Source of the DNA: Auanema rhodensis
Taxonomy: Eukaryota > Animalia > Nematoda
Direction: 5' to 3'
Assembly: GCA_964057225.1 (NCBI GenBank)
Contig: OZ059899.1
Span: 1,488,001-1,552,000 of the forward strand
Length of the DNA stretch: 64,000 nt
Shown: positions 1 through 11,583 of the stretch, piece by piece
How positions within the stretch are numbered: position 1 is the stretch's first letter
Layout: every line of letters starts with the position of its first letter
The notes under the pieces: generated by a model
The model's database searches: none
What the model was told of the DNA's origin: nothing
The model's input: only the letters and a program-made list of their open reading frames with translations
Program-made: the position numbers and the translations under genes

Positions 1-108
1 CAAAATAATTTAGCAAAAAGTAGATGTTTTTAGATTCCTTTTTTCAAGGCAAAGACGATGGACAATGTTATTAAACGAAAAAATTATTTCTTCAGGGTGA
101 AAATCGAG

Positions 109-130
109 GATATAAGTGTGAACTTATATC
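109..130. other. Perfect 9-bp inverted repeat GATATAAGT-gtga-ACTTATATC, present in most monomers
   Basis: Bases 109-117 are the reverse complement of 122-130, with a 4-nt loop GTGA. It overlaps a second dyad, ATATCA-gt-TGATAT (126-139). Confidence 0.9.
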
Positions 131-140
131 AGTTGATATC

Positions 141-207
141 TCGGTGCATTTTTAAGCTAGCGCAAATCTGATTACACAGATCGACGCAGCTTAAAAATCC
201 GCATCGA
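141..207. other. Long imperfect inverted repeat (potential hairpin/cruciform), one per monomer
   Basis: ATTTTTAAGCT (148-158) pairs with AGCTTAAAAAT (188-198) over a perfect 11 bp. Inner pairings are GCG/CGC and ATCTG (166-170)/CAGAT (177-181). The outer pairing TCGGTGC (141-147)/GCATCGA (201-207) has one G-T. Confidence 0.85.
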
Positions 208-281
208 ATGCACTATACTACATTGAGAAACGCTTAATACAAAAATTAGTTATGATCGTTTGAAAAATGATGCATTAGTGT

Positions 282-309
282 ATGTTGAGTTTCCATGTAC
301 ACTCAACAT
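282..309. other. Perfect 9-bp inverted repeat ATGTTGAGT-N10-ACTCAACAT, one per monomer
   Basis: Bases 282-290 are the reverse complement of 301-309. Confidence 0.9.
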
Positions 310-351
310 TGCTTCCAAAAACATTTTGACAAAAATTTTTTCGAAACATTT

Positions 352-3300
352 CAAAATAATTTAGCAAAAAGTAGATGTTTTTAGATTCCTTTTTTTAAGG
401 CAAAAACGATGGACAATGTTATTCAACAAAAAAATTAATTCTTCAGGGTGAAAATCGGGTATATATGTGTGAACTTATATCAGTTGATATCTCGGTGCAT
501 TTTTAAGCTAGCGCAAATCTGATAACACAGATCGACGCAGCTTAAAAATCCGCATCGAATGCACTATACTACATTGAGAAACGCTTAATACAAAAATTAG
601 TTATGATCGTTTGAAAAATGATGCATTAGTGTATGTTGAGTTTCCATGTACACTCAACATTGCTTCCAAAAACATTTTGACAAAAATTTTTTCGAAAAAT
701 TTCAGAATAATTTAGCAAAAAGTAGATGTTTTTAGATTCCTTTTTTCAAGGCAAAGACGATGGACAATGTTATTCAACGAAAAAATTATTTCTTCAGGGT
801 GAAAATCGAGGATATAAGTGTGAACTTATATCAGTTGATATCTCGGTGCATTTTTAAGCTAGCGCAAATCTGATAACACAGATCGACGCAGCTTAAAAAT
901 CCGCATCGAATGCACTATACTACATTGAGAAACGCTTAATACAAAAATTAGTTATGATCGTTTGAAAAATGATGCATTAGTGTATGTTGAGTTTCCATGT
1001 ACACTCAACATTGCTTCCAAAAACATTTTGACAAAAATTTTTTCGAAAAATTTCAAAATAATTTAGCAAAAAGTAGATGTTTTTAGATTTCTTTTTTCAA
1101 GGCAAAGACGATGGACAATGTTATTCAACGAAAAAATTATTTCTTCAGGGTGAAAATCGAGGATATAAGTGTGAACTTATATCAGTTGATATCTCGGTGC
1201 ATTTTTAAGCTAGCGCAAATCTGATAACACAGATCGACGCAGCTTAAAAATCCGCATCGAATGCACTATACTACATTGAGAAACGCTTAATACAAAAATT
1301 AGTTATGATCGTTTGAAAAATGATGCATTAGTGTATGTTGAGTTTCCATGTACACTCAACATTGCTTCCAAAAACATTTTGACAAAAATTTTTTCGAAAA
1401 ATTTCAAAATAATTTAGCAAAAAGTAGATGTTTTTAGATTCCATTTTTCAAGGCAAAGACGATGGACAATGTTATTCAACGAAAAAATTATTTCTTCAGG
1501 GTGAAAATCGAGGATATAAGTGTGAACTTATATCAGTTGATATCTCGGTGCATTTTTAAGCTAGCGCAAATCTGATAACACAGATCGACGCAGCTTAAAA
1601 ATCCGCATCGAATGCACTATACTACATTGAGAAACGCTTAATACAAAAATTAGTTATGATCGTTTGAAAAATGATGCATTAGTGTATGTTGAGTTTCCAT
1701 GTACACTCAACATTGCTTCCAAAAACATTTTGACAAAAATTTTTTCGAAACATTTCAAAATAATTTAGCAAAAAGTAGATGTTTTTAGATTCCTTTTTTT
1801 AAGGCAAAAACGATGGACAATGTTATTCAACAAAAAAATTAATTCTTCAGGGTGAAAATCGGGTATATATGTGTGAACTTATATCAGTTGATATCTCGGT
1901 GCATTTTTAAGCTAGCGCAAATCTGATAACACAGATCGACGCAGCTTAAAAATCCGCATCGAATGCACTATACTACATTGAGAAACGCTTAATACAAAAA
2001 TTAGTTATGATCGTTTGAAAAATGATGCATTAGTGTATGTTGAGTTTCCATGTACACTCAACATTGCTTCCAAAAACATTTTGACAAAAATTTTTTCGAA
2101 AAATTTCAGAATAATTTAGCAAAAAGTAGATGTTTTTAGATTCCTTTTTTCAAGGCAAAGACGATGGACAATGTTATTCAACGAAAAAATTATTTCTTCA
2201 GGGTGAAAATCGAGGATATAAGTGTGAACTTATATCAGTTGATATCTCGGTGCATTTTTAAGCTAGCGCAAATCTGATAACACAGATCGACGCAGCTTAA
2301 AAATCCGCATCGAATGCACTATACTACATTGAGAAACGTTTAATACAAAAATTAGTTATGATCGTTTGAAAAATGATGCATTAGTGTATGTTGAGTTTCC
2401 ATGTACACTCAACATTGCTTCCAAAAACATTTTGACAAAAATTTTTTCGAAAAATTTCAAAATAATTTAGCAAAAAGTAGATGTTTTTAGATTTCTTTTT
2501 TCAAGGCAAAGACGATGGACAATGTTATTCAACGAAAAAATTATTTCTTCAGGGTGAAAATCGAGGATATAAGTGTGAACTTATATCAGTTGATATCTCG
2601 GTGCATTTTTAAGCTAGCGCAAATCTGATAACACAGATCGACGCAGCTTAAAAATCCGCATCGAATGCACTATACTACATTGAGAAACGCTTAATACAAA
2701 AATTAGTTATGATCGTTTGAAAAATGATGCATTAGTGTATGTTGAGTTTCCATGTACACTCAACATTGCTTCCAAAAACATTTTGACAAAAATTTTTTCG
2801 AAAAATTTCAAAATAATTTAGCAAAAAGTAGATGTTTTTAGATTCCATTTTTCAAGGCAAAGACGATGGACAATGTTATTCAACGAAAAAATTATTTCTT
2901 CAGGGTGAAAATCGAGGATATAAGTGTGAACTTATATCAGTTGATATCTCGGTGCATTTTTAAGCTAGCGCAAATCTGATAACACAGATCGACGCAGCTT
3001 AAAAATCCGCATCGAATGCACTATACTACATTGAGAAACGCTTAATACAAAAATTAGTTATGATCGTTTGAAAAATGATGCATTAGTGTATGTTGAGTTT
3101 CCATGTACACTCAACATTGCTTCCAAAAACATTTTGACAAAAATTTTTTCGAAAAATTTCAAAATAATTTAGCAAAAAGTAGATGTTTTTAGATTCCTTT
3201 TTTCAAGGCAAAGACGATGGACAATGTTATTCAACGAAAAAATTATTTCTTCAGGGTGAAAATCGAGGATATAAGTGTGAACTTATATCAGTTGATATCT

Positions 3301-6300
3301 CGGTGCATTTTTAAGCTAGCGCAAATCTGATAACACAGATCGACGCAGCTTAAAAATCCGCATCGAATGCACTATACTACATTGAGAAACGCTTAATACA
3401 AAAATTAGTTATGATCGTTTGAAAAATGATGCATTAGTGTATGTTGAGTTTCCATGTACACTCAACATTGCTTCCAAAAACATTTTGACAAAAATTTTTT
3501 CGAAAAATTTCAAAATAATTTAGCAAAAAGTAGATGTTTTTAGATTCCATTTTTCAAGGCAAAGACGATGGACAATGTTATTCAACGAAAAAATTATTTC
3601 TTCAGGGTGAAAATCGAGGATATAAGTGTGAACTTATATCAGTTGATATCTCGGTGCATTTTTAAGCTAGCGCAAATCTGATAACACAGATCGACGCAGC
3701 TTAAAAATCCGCATCGAATGCACTATACTACATTGAGAAACGCTTAATACAAAAATTAGTTATGATCGTTTGAAAAATGATGCATTAGTGTATGTTGAGT
3801 TTCCATGTACACTCAACATTGCTTCCAAAAACATTTTGACAAAAATTTTTTCGAAACATTTCAAAATAATTTAGCAAAAAGTAGATGTTTTTAGATTCCT
3901 TTTTTTAAGGCAAAAACGATGGACAATGTTATTCAACGAAAAAATTAATTCTTCAGGGTGAAAATCGGGTATATATGTGTGAACTTATATCAGTTGATAT
4001 CTCGGTGCATTTTTAAGCTAGCGCAAATCTGATAACACAGATCGACGCAGCTTAAAAATCCGCATCGAATGCACTATACTACATTGAGAAACGCTTAATA
4101 CAAAAATTAGTTATGATCGTTTGAAAAATGATGCATTAGTGTATGTTGAGTTTCCATGTACACTCAACATTGCTTCCAAAAACATTTTGACAAAAATTTT
4201 TTCGAAACATTTCAAAATAATTTAGCAAAAAGTAGATGTTTTTAGATTCCTTTTTTTAAGGCAAAAACGATGGACAATGTTATTCAACAAAAAAATTAAT
4301 TCTTCAGGGTGAAAATCGGGTATATATGTGTGAACTTATATCAGTTGATATCTCGGTGCATTTTTAAGCTAGCGCAAATCTGATAACACAGATCGACGCA
4401 GCTTAAAAATCCGCATCGAATGCACTATACTACATTGAGAAACGCTTAATACAAAAATTAGTTATGATCGTTTGAAAAATGATGCATTAGTGTATGTTGA
4501 GTTTCCATGTACACTCAACATTGCTTCCAAAAACATTTTGACAAAAATTTTTTCGAAAAATTTCAGAATAATTTAGCAAAAAGTAGATGTTTTTAGATTC
4601 CTTTTTTCAAGGCAAAGACGATGGACAATGTTATTCAACGAAAAAATTATTTCTTCAGGGTGAAAATCGAGGATATAAGTGTGAACTTATATCAGTTGAT
4701 ATCTCGGTGCATTTTTAAGCTAGCGCAAATCTGATAACACAGATCGACGCAGCTTAAAAATCCGCATCGAATGCACTATACTACATTGAGAAACGCTTAA
4801 TACAAAAATTAGTTATGATCGTTTGAAAAATGATGCATTAGTGTATGTTGAGTTTCCATGTACACTCAACATTGCTTCCAAAAACATTTTGACAAAAATT
4901 TTTTCGAAAAATTTCAAAATAATTTAGCAAAAAGTAGATGTTTTTAGATTTCTTTTTTCAAGGCAAAGACGATGGACAATGTTATTCAACGAAAAAATTA
5001 TTTCTTCAGGGTGAAAATCGAGGATATAAGTGTGAACTTATATCAGTTGATATCTCGGTGCATTTTTAAGCTAGCGCAAATCTGATAACACAGATCGACG
5101 CAGCTTAAAAATCCGCATCGAATGCACTATACTACATTGAGAAACGCTTAATACAAAAATTAGTTATGATCGTTTGAAAAATGATGCATTAGTGTATGTT
5201 GAGTTTCCATGTACACTCAACATTGCTTCCAAAAACATTTTGACAAAAATTTTTTCGAAAAATTTCAAAATAATTTAGCAAAAAGTAGATGTTTTTAGAT
5301 TCCATTTTTCAAGGCAAAGACGATGGACAATGTTATTCAACGAAAAAATTATTTCTTCAGGGTGAAAATCGAGGATATAAGTGTGAACTTATATCAGTTG
5401 ATATCTCGGTGCATTTTTAAGCTAGCGCAAATCTGATAACACAGATCGACGCAGCTTAAAAATCCGCATCGAATGCACTATACTACATTGAGAAACGCTT
5501 AATACAAAAATTAGTTATGATCGTTTGAAAAATGATGCATTAGTGTATGTTGAGTTTCCATGTACACTCAACATTGCTTCCAAAAACATTTTGACAAAAA
5601 TTTTTTCGAAACATTTCAAAATAATTTAGCAAAAAGTAGATGTTTTTAGATTCCTTTTTTTAAGGCAAAAACGATGGACAATGTTATTCAACAAAAAAAT
5701 TAATTCTTCAGGGTGAAAATCGGGTATATATGTGTGAACTTATATCAGTTGATATCTCGGTGCATTTTTAAGCTAGCGCAAATCTGATAACACAGATCGA
5801 CGCAGCTTAAAAATCCGCATCGAATGCACTATACTACATTGAGAAACGCTTAATACAAAAATTAGTTATGATCGTTTGAAAAATGATGCATTAGTGTATG
5901 TTGAGTTTCCATGTACACTCAACATTGCTTCCAAAAACATTTTGACAAAAATTTTTTCGAAAAATTTCAGAATAATTTAGCAAAAAGTAGATGTTTTTAG
6001 ATTCCTTTTTTCAAGGCAAAGACGATGGACAATGTTATTCAACGAAAAAATTATTTCTTCAGGGTGAAAATCGAGGATATAAGTGTGAACTTATATCAGT
6101 TGATATCTCGGTGCATTTTTAAGCTAGCGCAAATCTGATAACACAGATCGACGCAGCTTAAAAATCCGCATCGAATGCACTATACTACATTGAGAAACGT
6201 TTAATACAAAAATTAGTTATGATCGTTTGAAAAATGATGCATTAGTGTATGTTGAGTTTCCATGTACACTCAACATTGCTTCCAAAAACATTTTGACAAA

Positions 6301-8073
6301 AATTTTTTCGAAAAATTTCAAAATAATTTAGCAAAAAGTAGATGTTTTTAGATTTCTTTTTTCAAGGCAAAGACGATGGACAATGTTATTCAACGAAAAA
6401 ATTATTTCTTCAGGGTGAAAATCGAGGATATAAGTGTGAACTTATATCAGTTGATATCTCGGTGCATTTTTAAGCTAGCGCAAATCTGATAACACAGATC
6501 GACGCAGCTTAAAAATCCGCATCGAATGCACTATACTACATTGAGAAACGCTTAATACAAAAATTAGTTATGATCGTTTGAAAAATGATGCATTAGTGTA
6601 TGTTGAGTTTCCATGTACACTCAACATTGCTTCCAAAAACATTTTGACAAAAATTTTTTCGAAAAATTTCAAAATAATTTAGCAAAAAGTAGATGTTTTT
6701 AGATTCCATTTTTCAAGGCAAAGACGATGGACAATGTTATTCAACGAAAAAATTATTTCTTCAGGGTGAAAATCGAGGATATAAGTGTGAACTTATATCA
6801 GTTGATATCTCGGTGCATTTTTAAGCTAGCGCAAATCTGATAACACAGATCGACGCAGCTTAAAAATCCGCATCGAATGCACTATACTACATTGAGAAAC
6901 GCTTAATACAAAAATTAGTTATGATCGTTTGAAAAATGATGCATTAGTGTATGTTGAGTTTCCATGTACACTCAACATTGCTTCCAAAAACATTTTGACA
7001 AAAATTTTTTCGAAAAATTTCAAAATAATTTAGCAAAAAGTAGATGTTTTTAGATTCCTTTTTTCAAGGCAAAGACGATGGACAATGTTATTCAACGAAA
7101 AAATTATTTCTTCAGGGTGAAAATCGAGGATATAAGTGTGAACTTATATCAGTTGATATCTCGGTGCATTTTTAAGCTAGCGCAAATCTGATAACACAGA
7201 TCGACGCAGCTTAAAAATCCGCATCGAATGCACTATACTACATTGAGAAACGCTTAATACAAAAATTAGTTATGATCGTTTGAAAAATGATGCATTAGTG
7301 TATGTTGAGTTTCCATGTACACTCAACATTGCTTCCAAAAACATTTTGACAAAAATTTTTTCGAAAAATTTCAAAATAATTTAGCAAAAAGTAGATGTTT
7401 TTAGATTCCATTTTTCAAGGCAAAGACGATGGACAATGTTATTCAACGAAAAAATTATTTCTTCAGGGTGAAAATCGAGGATATAAGTGTGAACTTATAT
7501 CAGTTGATATCTCGGTGCATTTTTAAGCTAGCGCAAATCTGATAACACAGATCGACGCAGCTTAAAAATCCGCATCGAATGCACTATACTACATTGAGAA
7601 ACGCTTAATACAAAAATTAGTTATGATCGTTTGAAAAATGATGCATTAGTGTATGTTGAGTTTCCATGTACACTCAACATTGCTTCCAAAAACATTTTGA
7701 CAAAAATTTTTTCGAAACATTTCAAAATAATTTAGCAAAAAGTAGATGTTTTTAGATTCCTTTTTTTAAGGCAAAAACGATGGACAATGTTATTCAACGA
7801 AAAAATTAATTCTTCAGGGTGAAAATCGGGTATATATGTGTGAACTTATATCAGTTGATATCTCGGTGCATTTTTAAGCTAGCGCAAATCTGATAACACA
7901 GATCGACGCAGCTTAAAAATCCGCATCGAATGCACTATACTACATTGAGAAACGCTTAATACAAAAATTAGTTATGATCGTTTGAAAAATGATGCATTAG
8001 TGTATGTTGAGTTTCCATGTACACTCAACATTGCTTCCAAAAACATTTTGACAAAAATTTTTTCAAAAAATTT
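352..8073. repeat. Two copies of an 11-monomer (3861-bp) higher-order unit, each with an internal 4-mer duplication
   Basis: A private SNP (AAACGTT) lies at 2339 and 6200, 3861 bp apart. Variant-B monomers start at 352, 1756, 3862 and at 4213, 5617, 7723. A GATTTC SNP lies at 1090, 2494, 4951 and 6355. Confidence 0.85.
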
Positions 8074-11000
8074 CAGAATAATTTAGCAAAAAGTAGATGT
8101 TTTTAGATTCCTTTTTTCAAGGCAAAGACGATGGACAATGTTATTCAACGAAAAAATTATTTCTTCAGGGTGAAAATCGAGGATATAAGTGTGAACTTAT
8201 ATCAGTTGATATCTCGGTGCATTTTTAAGCTAGCGCAAATCTGATAACACAGATCGACGCAGCTTAAAAATCCGCATCGAATGCACTATACTACATTGAG
8301 AAACGCTTAATACAAAAATTAGTTATGATCGTTTGAAAAATGATGCATTAGTGTATGTTGAGTTTCCATGTACACTCAACATTGCTTCCAAAAACATTTT
8401 GACAAAAATTTTTTCGAAAAATTTCAAAATAATTTAGCAAAAAGTAGATGTTTTTAGATTCCTTTTTTCAAGGCAAAGACGATGGACAATGTTATTCAAC
8501 GAAAAAATTATTTCTTCAGGGTGAAAATCGAGGATATAAGTGTGAACTTATATCAGTTGATATCTCGGTGCATTTTTAAGCTAGCGCAAATCTGATAACA
8601 CAGATCGACGCAGCTTAAAAATCCGCATCGAATGCACTATACTACATTGAGAAACGCTTAATACAAAAATTAGTTATGATCGTTTGAAAAATGATGCATT
8701 AGTGTATGTTGAGTTTCCATGTACACTCAACATTGCTTCCAAAAACATTTTGACAAAAATTTTTTCGAAAAATTTCAAAATAATTTAGCAAAAAGTAGAT
8801 GTTTTTAGATTCCATTTTTCAAGGCAAAGACGATGGACAATGTTATTCAACGAAAAAATTATTTCTTCAGGGTGAAAATCGAGGATATAAGTGTGAACTT
8901 ATATCAGTTGATATCTCGGTGCATTTTTAAGCTAGCGCAAATCTGATAACACAGATCGACGCAGCTTAAAAATCCGCATCGAATGCACTATACTACATTG
9001 AGAAACGCTTAATACAAAAATTAGTTATGATCGTTTGAAAAATGATGCATTAGTGTATGTTGAGTTTCCATGTACACTCAACATTGCTTCCAAAAACATT
9101 TTGACAAAAATTTTTTCGAAAAATTTCAAAATAATTTAGCAAAAAGTAGATGTTTTTAGATTCCTTTTTTCAAGGCAAAGACGATGGACAATGTTATTCA
9201 ACGAAAAAATTATTTCTTCAGGGTGAAAATCGAGGATATAAGTGTGAACTTATATCAGTTGATATCTCGGTGCATTTTTAAGCTAGCGCAAATCTGATAA
9301 CACAGATCGACGCAGCTTAAAAATCCGCATCGAATGCACTATACTACATTGAGAAACGCTTAATACAAAAATTAGTTATGATCGTTTGAAAAATGATGCA
9401 TTAGTGTATGTTGAGTTTCCATGTACACTCAACATTGCTTCCAAAAACATTTTGACAAAAATTTTTTCGAAAAATTTCAAAATAATTTAGCAAAAAGTAG
9501 ATGTTTTTAGATTCCATTTTTCAAGGCAAAGACGATGGACAATGTTATTCAACGAAAAAATTATTTCTTCAGGGTGAAAATCGAGGATATAAGTGTGAAC
9601 TTATATCAGTTGATATCTCGGTGCATTTTTAAGCTAGCGCAAATCTGATAACACAGATCGACGCAGCTTAAAAATCCGCATCGAATGCACTATACTACAT
9701 TGAGAAACGCTTAATACAAAAATTAGTTATGATCGTTTGAAAAATGATGCATTAGTGTATGTTGAGTTTCCATGTACACTCAACATTGCTTCCAAAAACA
9801 TTTTGACAAAAATTTTTTCGAAAAATTTCAAAATAATTTAGCAAAAAGTAGATGTTTTTAGATTCCATTTTTCAAGGCAAAGACGATGGACAATGTTATT
9901 CAACGAAAAAATTATTTCTTCAGGGTGAAAATCGAGGATATAAGTGTGAACTTATATCAGTTGATATCTCGGTGCATTTTTAAGCTAGCGCAAATCTGAT
10001 AACACAGATCGACGCAGCTTAAAAATCCGCATCGAATGCACTATACTACATTGAGAAACGCTTAATACAAAAATTAGTTATGATCGTTTGAAAAATGATG
10101 CATTAGTGTATGTTGAGTTTCCATGTACACTCAACATTGCTTCCAAAAACATTTTGACAAAAATTTTTTCGAAAAATTTCAAAATAATTTAGCAAAAAGT
10201 AGATGTTTTTAGATTCCTTTTTTCAAGGCAAAGACGATGGACAATGTTATTCAACGAAAAAATTATTTCTTCAGGGTGAAAATCGAGGATATAAGTGTGA
10301 ACTTATATCAGTTGATATCTCGGTGCATTTTTAAGCTAGCGCAAATCTGATAACACAGATCGACGCAGCTTAAAAATCCGCATCGAATGCACTATACTAC
10401 ATTGAGAAACGCTTAATACAAAAATTAGTTATGATCGTTTGAAAAATGATGCATTAGTGTATGTTGAGTTTCCATGTACACTCAACATTGCTTCCAAAAA
10501 CATTTTGACAAAAATTTTTTCGAAAAATTTCAAAATAATTTAGCAAAAAGTAGATGTTTTTAGATTCCATTTTTCAAGGCAAAGACGATGGACAATGTTA
10601 TTCAACGAAAAAATTATTTCTTCAGGGTGAAAATCGAGGATATAAGTGTGAACTTATATCAGTTGATATCTCGGTGCATTTTTAAGCTAGCGCAAATCTG
10701 ATAACACAGATCGACGCAGCTTAAAAATCCGCATCGAATGCACTATACTACATTGAGAAACGCTTAATACAAAAATTAGTTATGATCGTTTGAAAAATGA
10801 TGCATTAGTGTATGTTGAGTTTCCATGTACACTCAACATTGCTTCCAAAAACATTTTGACAAAAATTTTTTCGAAACATTTCAAAATAATTTAGCAAAAA
10901 GTAGATGTTTTTAGATTCCTTTTTTTAAGGCAAAAACGATGGACAATGTTATTCAACGAAAAAATTAATTCTTCAGGGTGAAAATCGGGTATATATGTGT

Positions 11001-11583
11001 GAACTTATATCAGTTGATATCTCGGTGCATTTTTAAGCTAGCGCAAATCTGATAACACAGATCGACGCAGCTTAAAAATCCGCATCGAATGCACTATACT
11101 ACATTGAGAAACGCTTAATACAAAAATTAGTTATGATCGTTTGAAAAATGATGCATTAGTGTATGTTGAGTTTCCATGTACACTCAACATTGCTTCCAAA
11201 AACATTTTGACAAAAATTTTTTCGAAAAATTTCAGAATAATTTAGCAAAAAGTAGATGTTTTTAGATTCCTTTTTTCAAGGCAAAGACGATGGACAATGT
11301 TATTCAACGAAAAAATTATTTCTTCAGGGTGAAAATCGAGGATATAAGTGTGAACTTATATCAGTTGATATCTCGGTGCATTTTTAAGCTAGCGCAAATC
11401 TGATAACACAGATCGACGCAGCTTAAAAATCCGCATCGAATGCACTATACTACATTGAGAAACGCTTAATACAAAAATTAGTTATGATCGTTTGAAAAAT
11501 GATGCATTAGTGTATGTTGAGTTTCCATGTACACTCAACATTGCTTCCAAAAACATTTTGACAAAAATTTTTTCGAAAAATTT

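Larger units (their letters stand above)
1..351 (+). repeat. Representative 351-bp monomer (arbitrary phase)
   Basis: About 110 of 351 bases are G/C. It has many A/T tracts and sites for EcoRV (135-140), NheI (156-161), NsiI (270-275), BsrGI (296-301) and BstBI (340-345). Confidence 0.97.

Noticed and set aside
109-207. Rho-independent terminators or bacterial promoters
   Set aside because: The stems are AT-rich, have no gene context and sit in a eukaryote-type satellite.
1-351. Tandem 5S rRNA, tRNA, snRNA or spliced-leader gene unit
   Set aside because: I recognise no 5S, tRNA cloverleaf/A-B box or SL sequence. A covariance-model (Rfam) search would be needed to exclude this fully.
1-351. 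Internal ~175-bp dimer structure of the monomer
   Set aside because: The two halves show no similarity that I can detect by eye.
441-460. CENP-B box in B monomers (CTTCAGGGTGAAAATCGGGT)
   Set aside because: It has A-NN-CGGG but lacks TTCG at the spacing required by NTTCGNNNNANNCGGGN.
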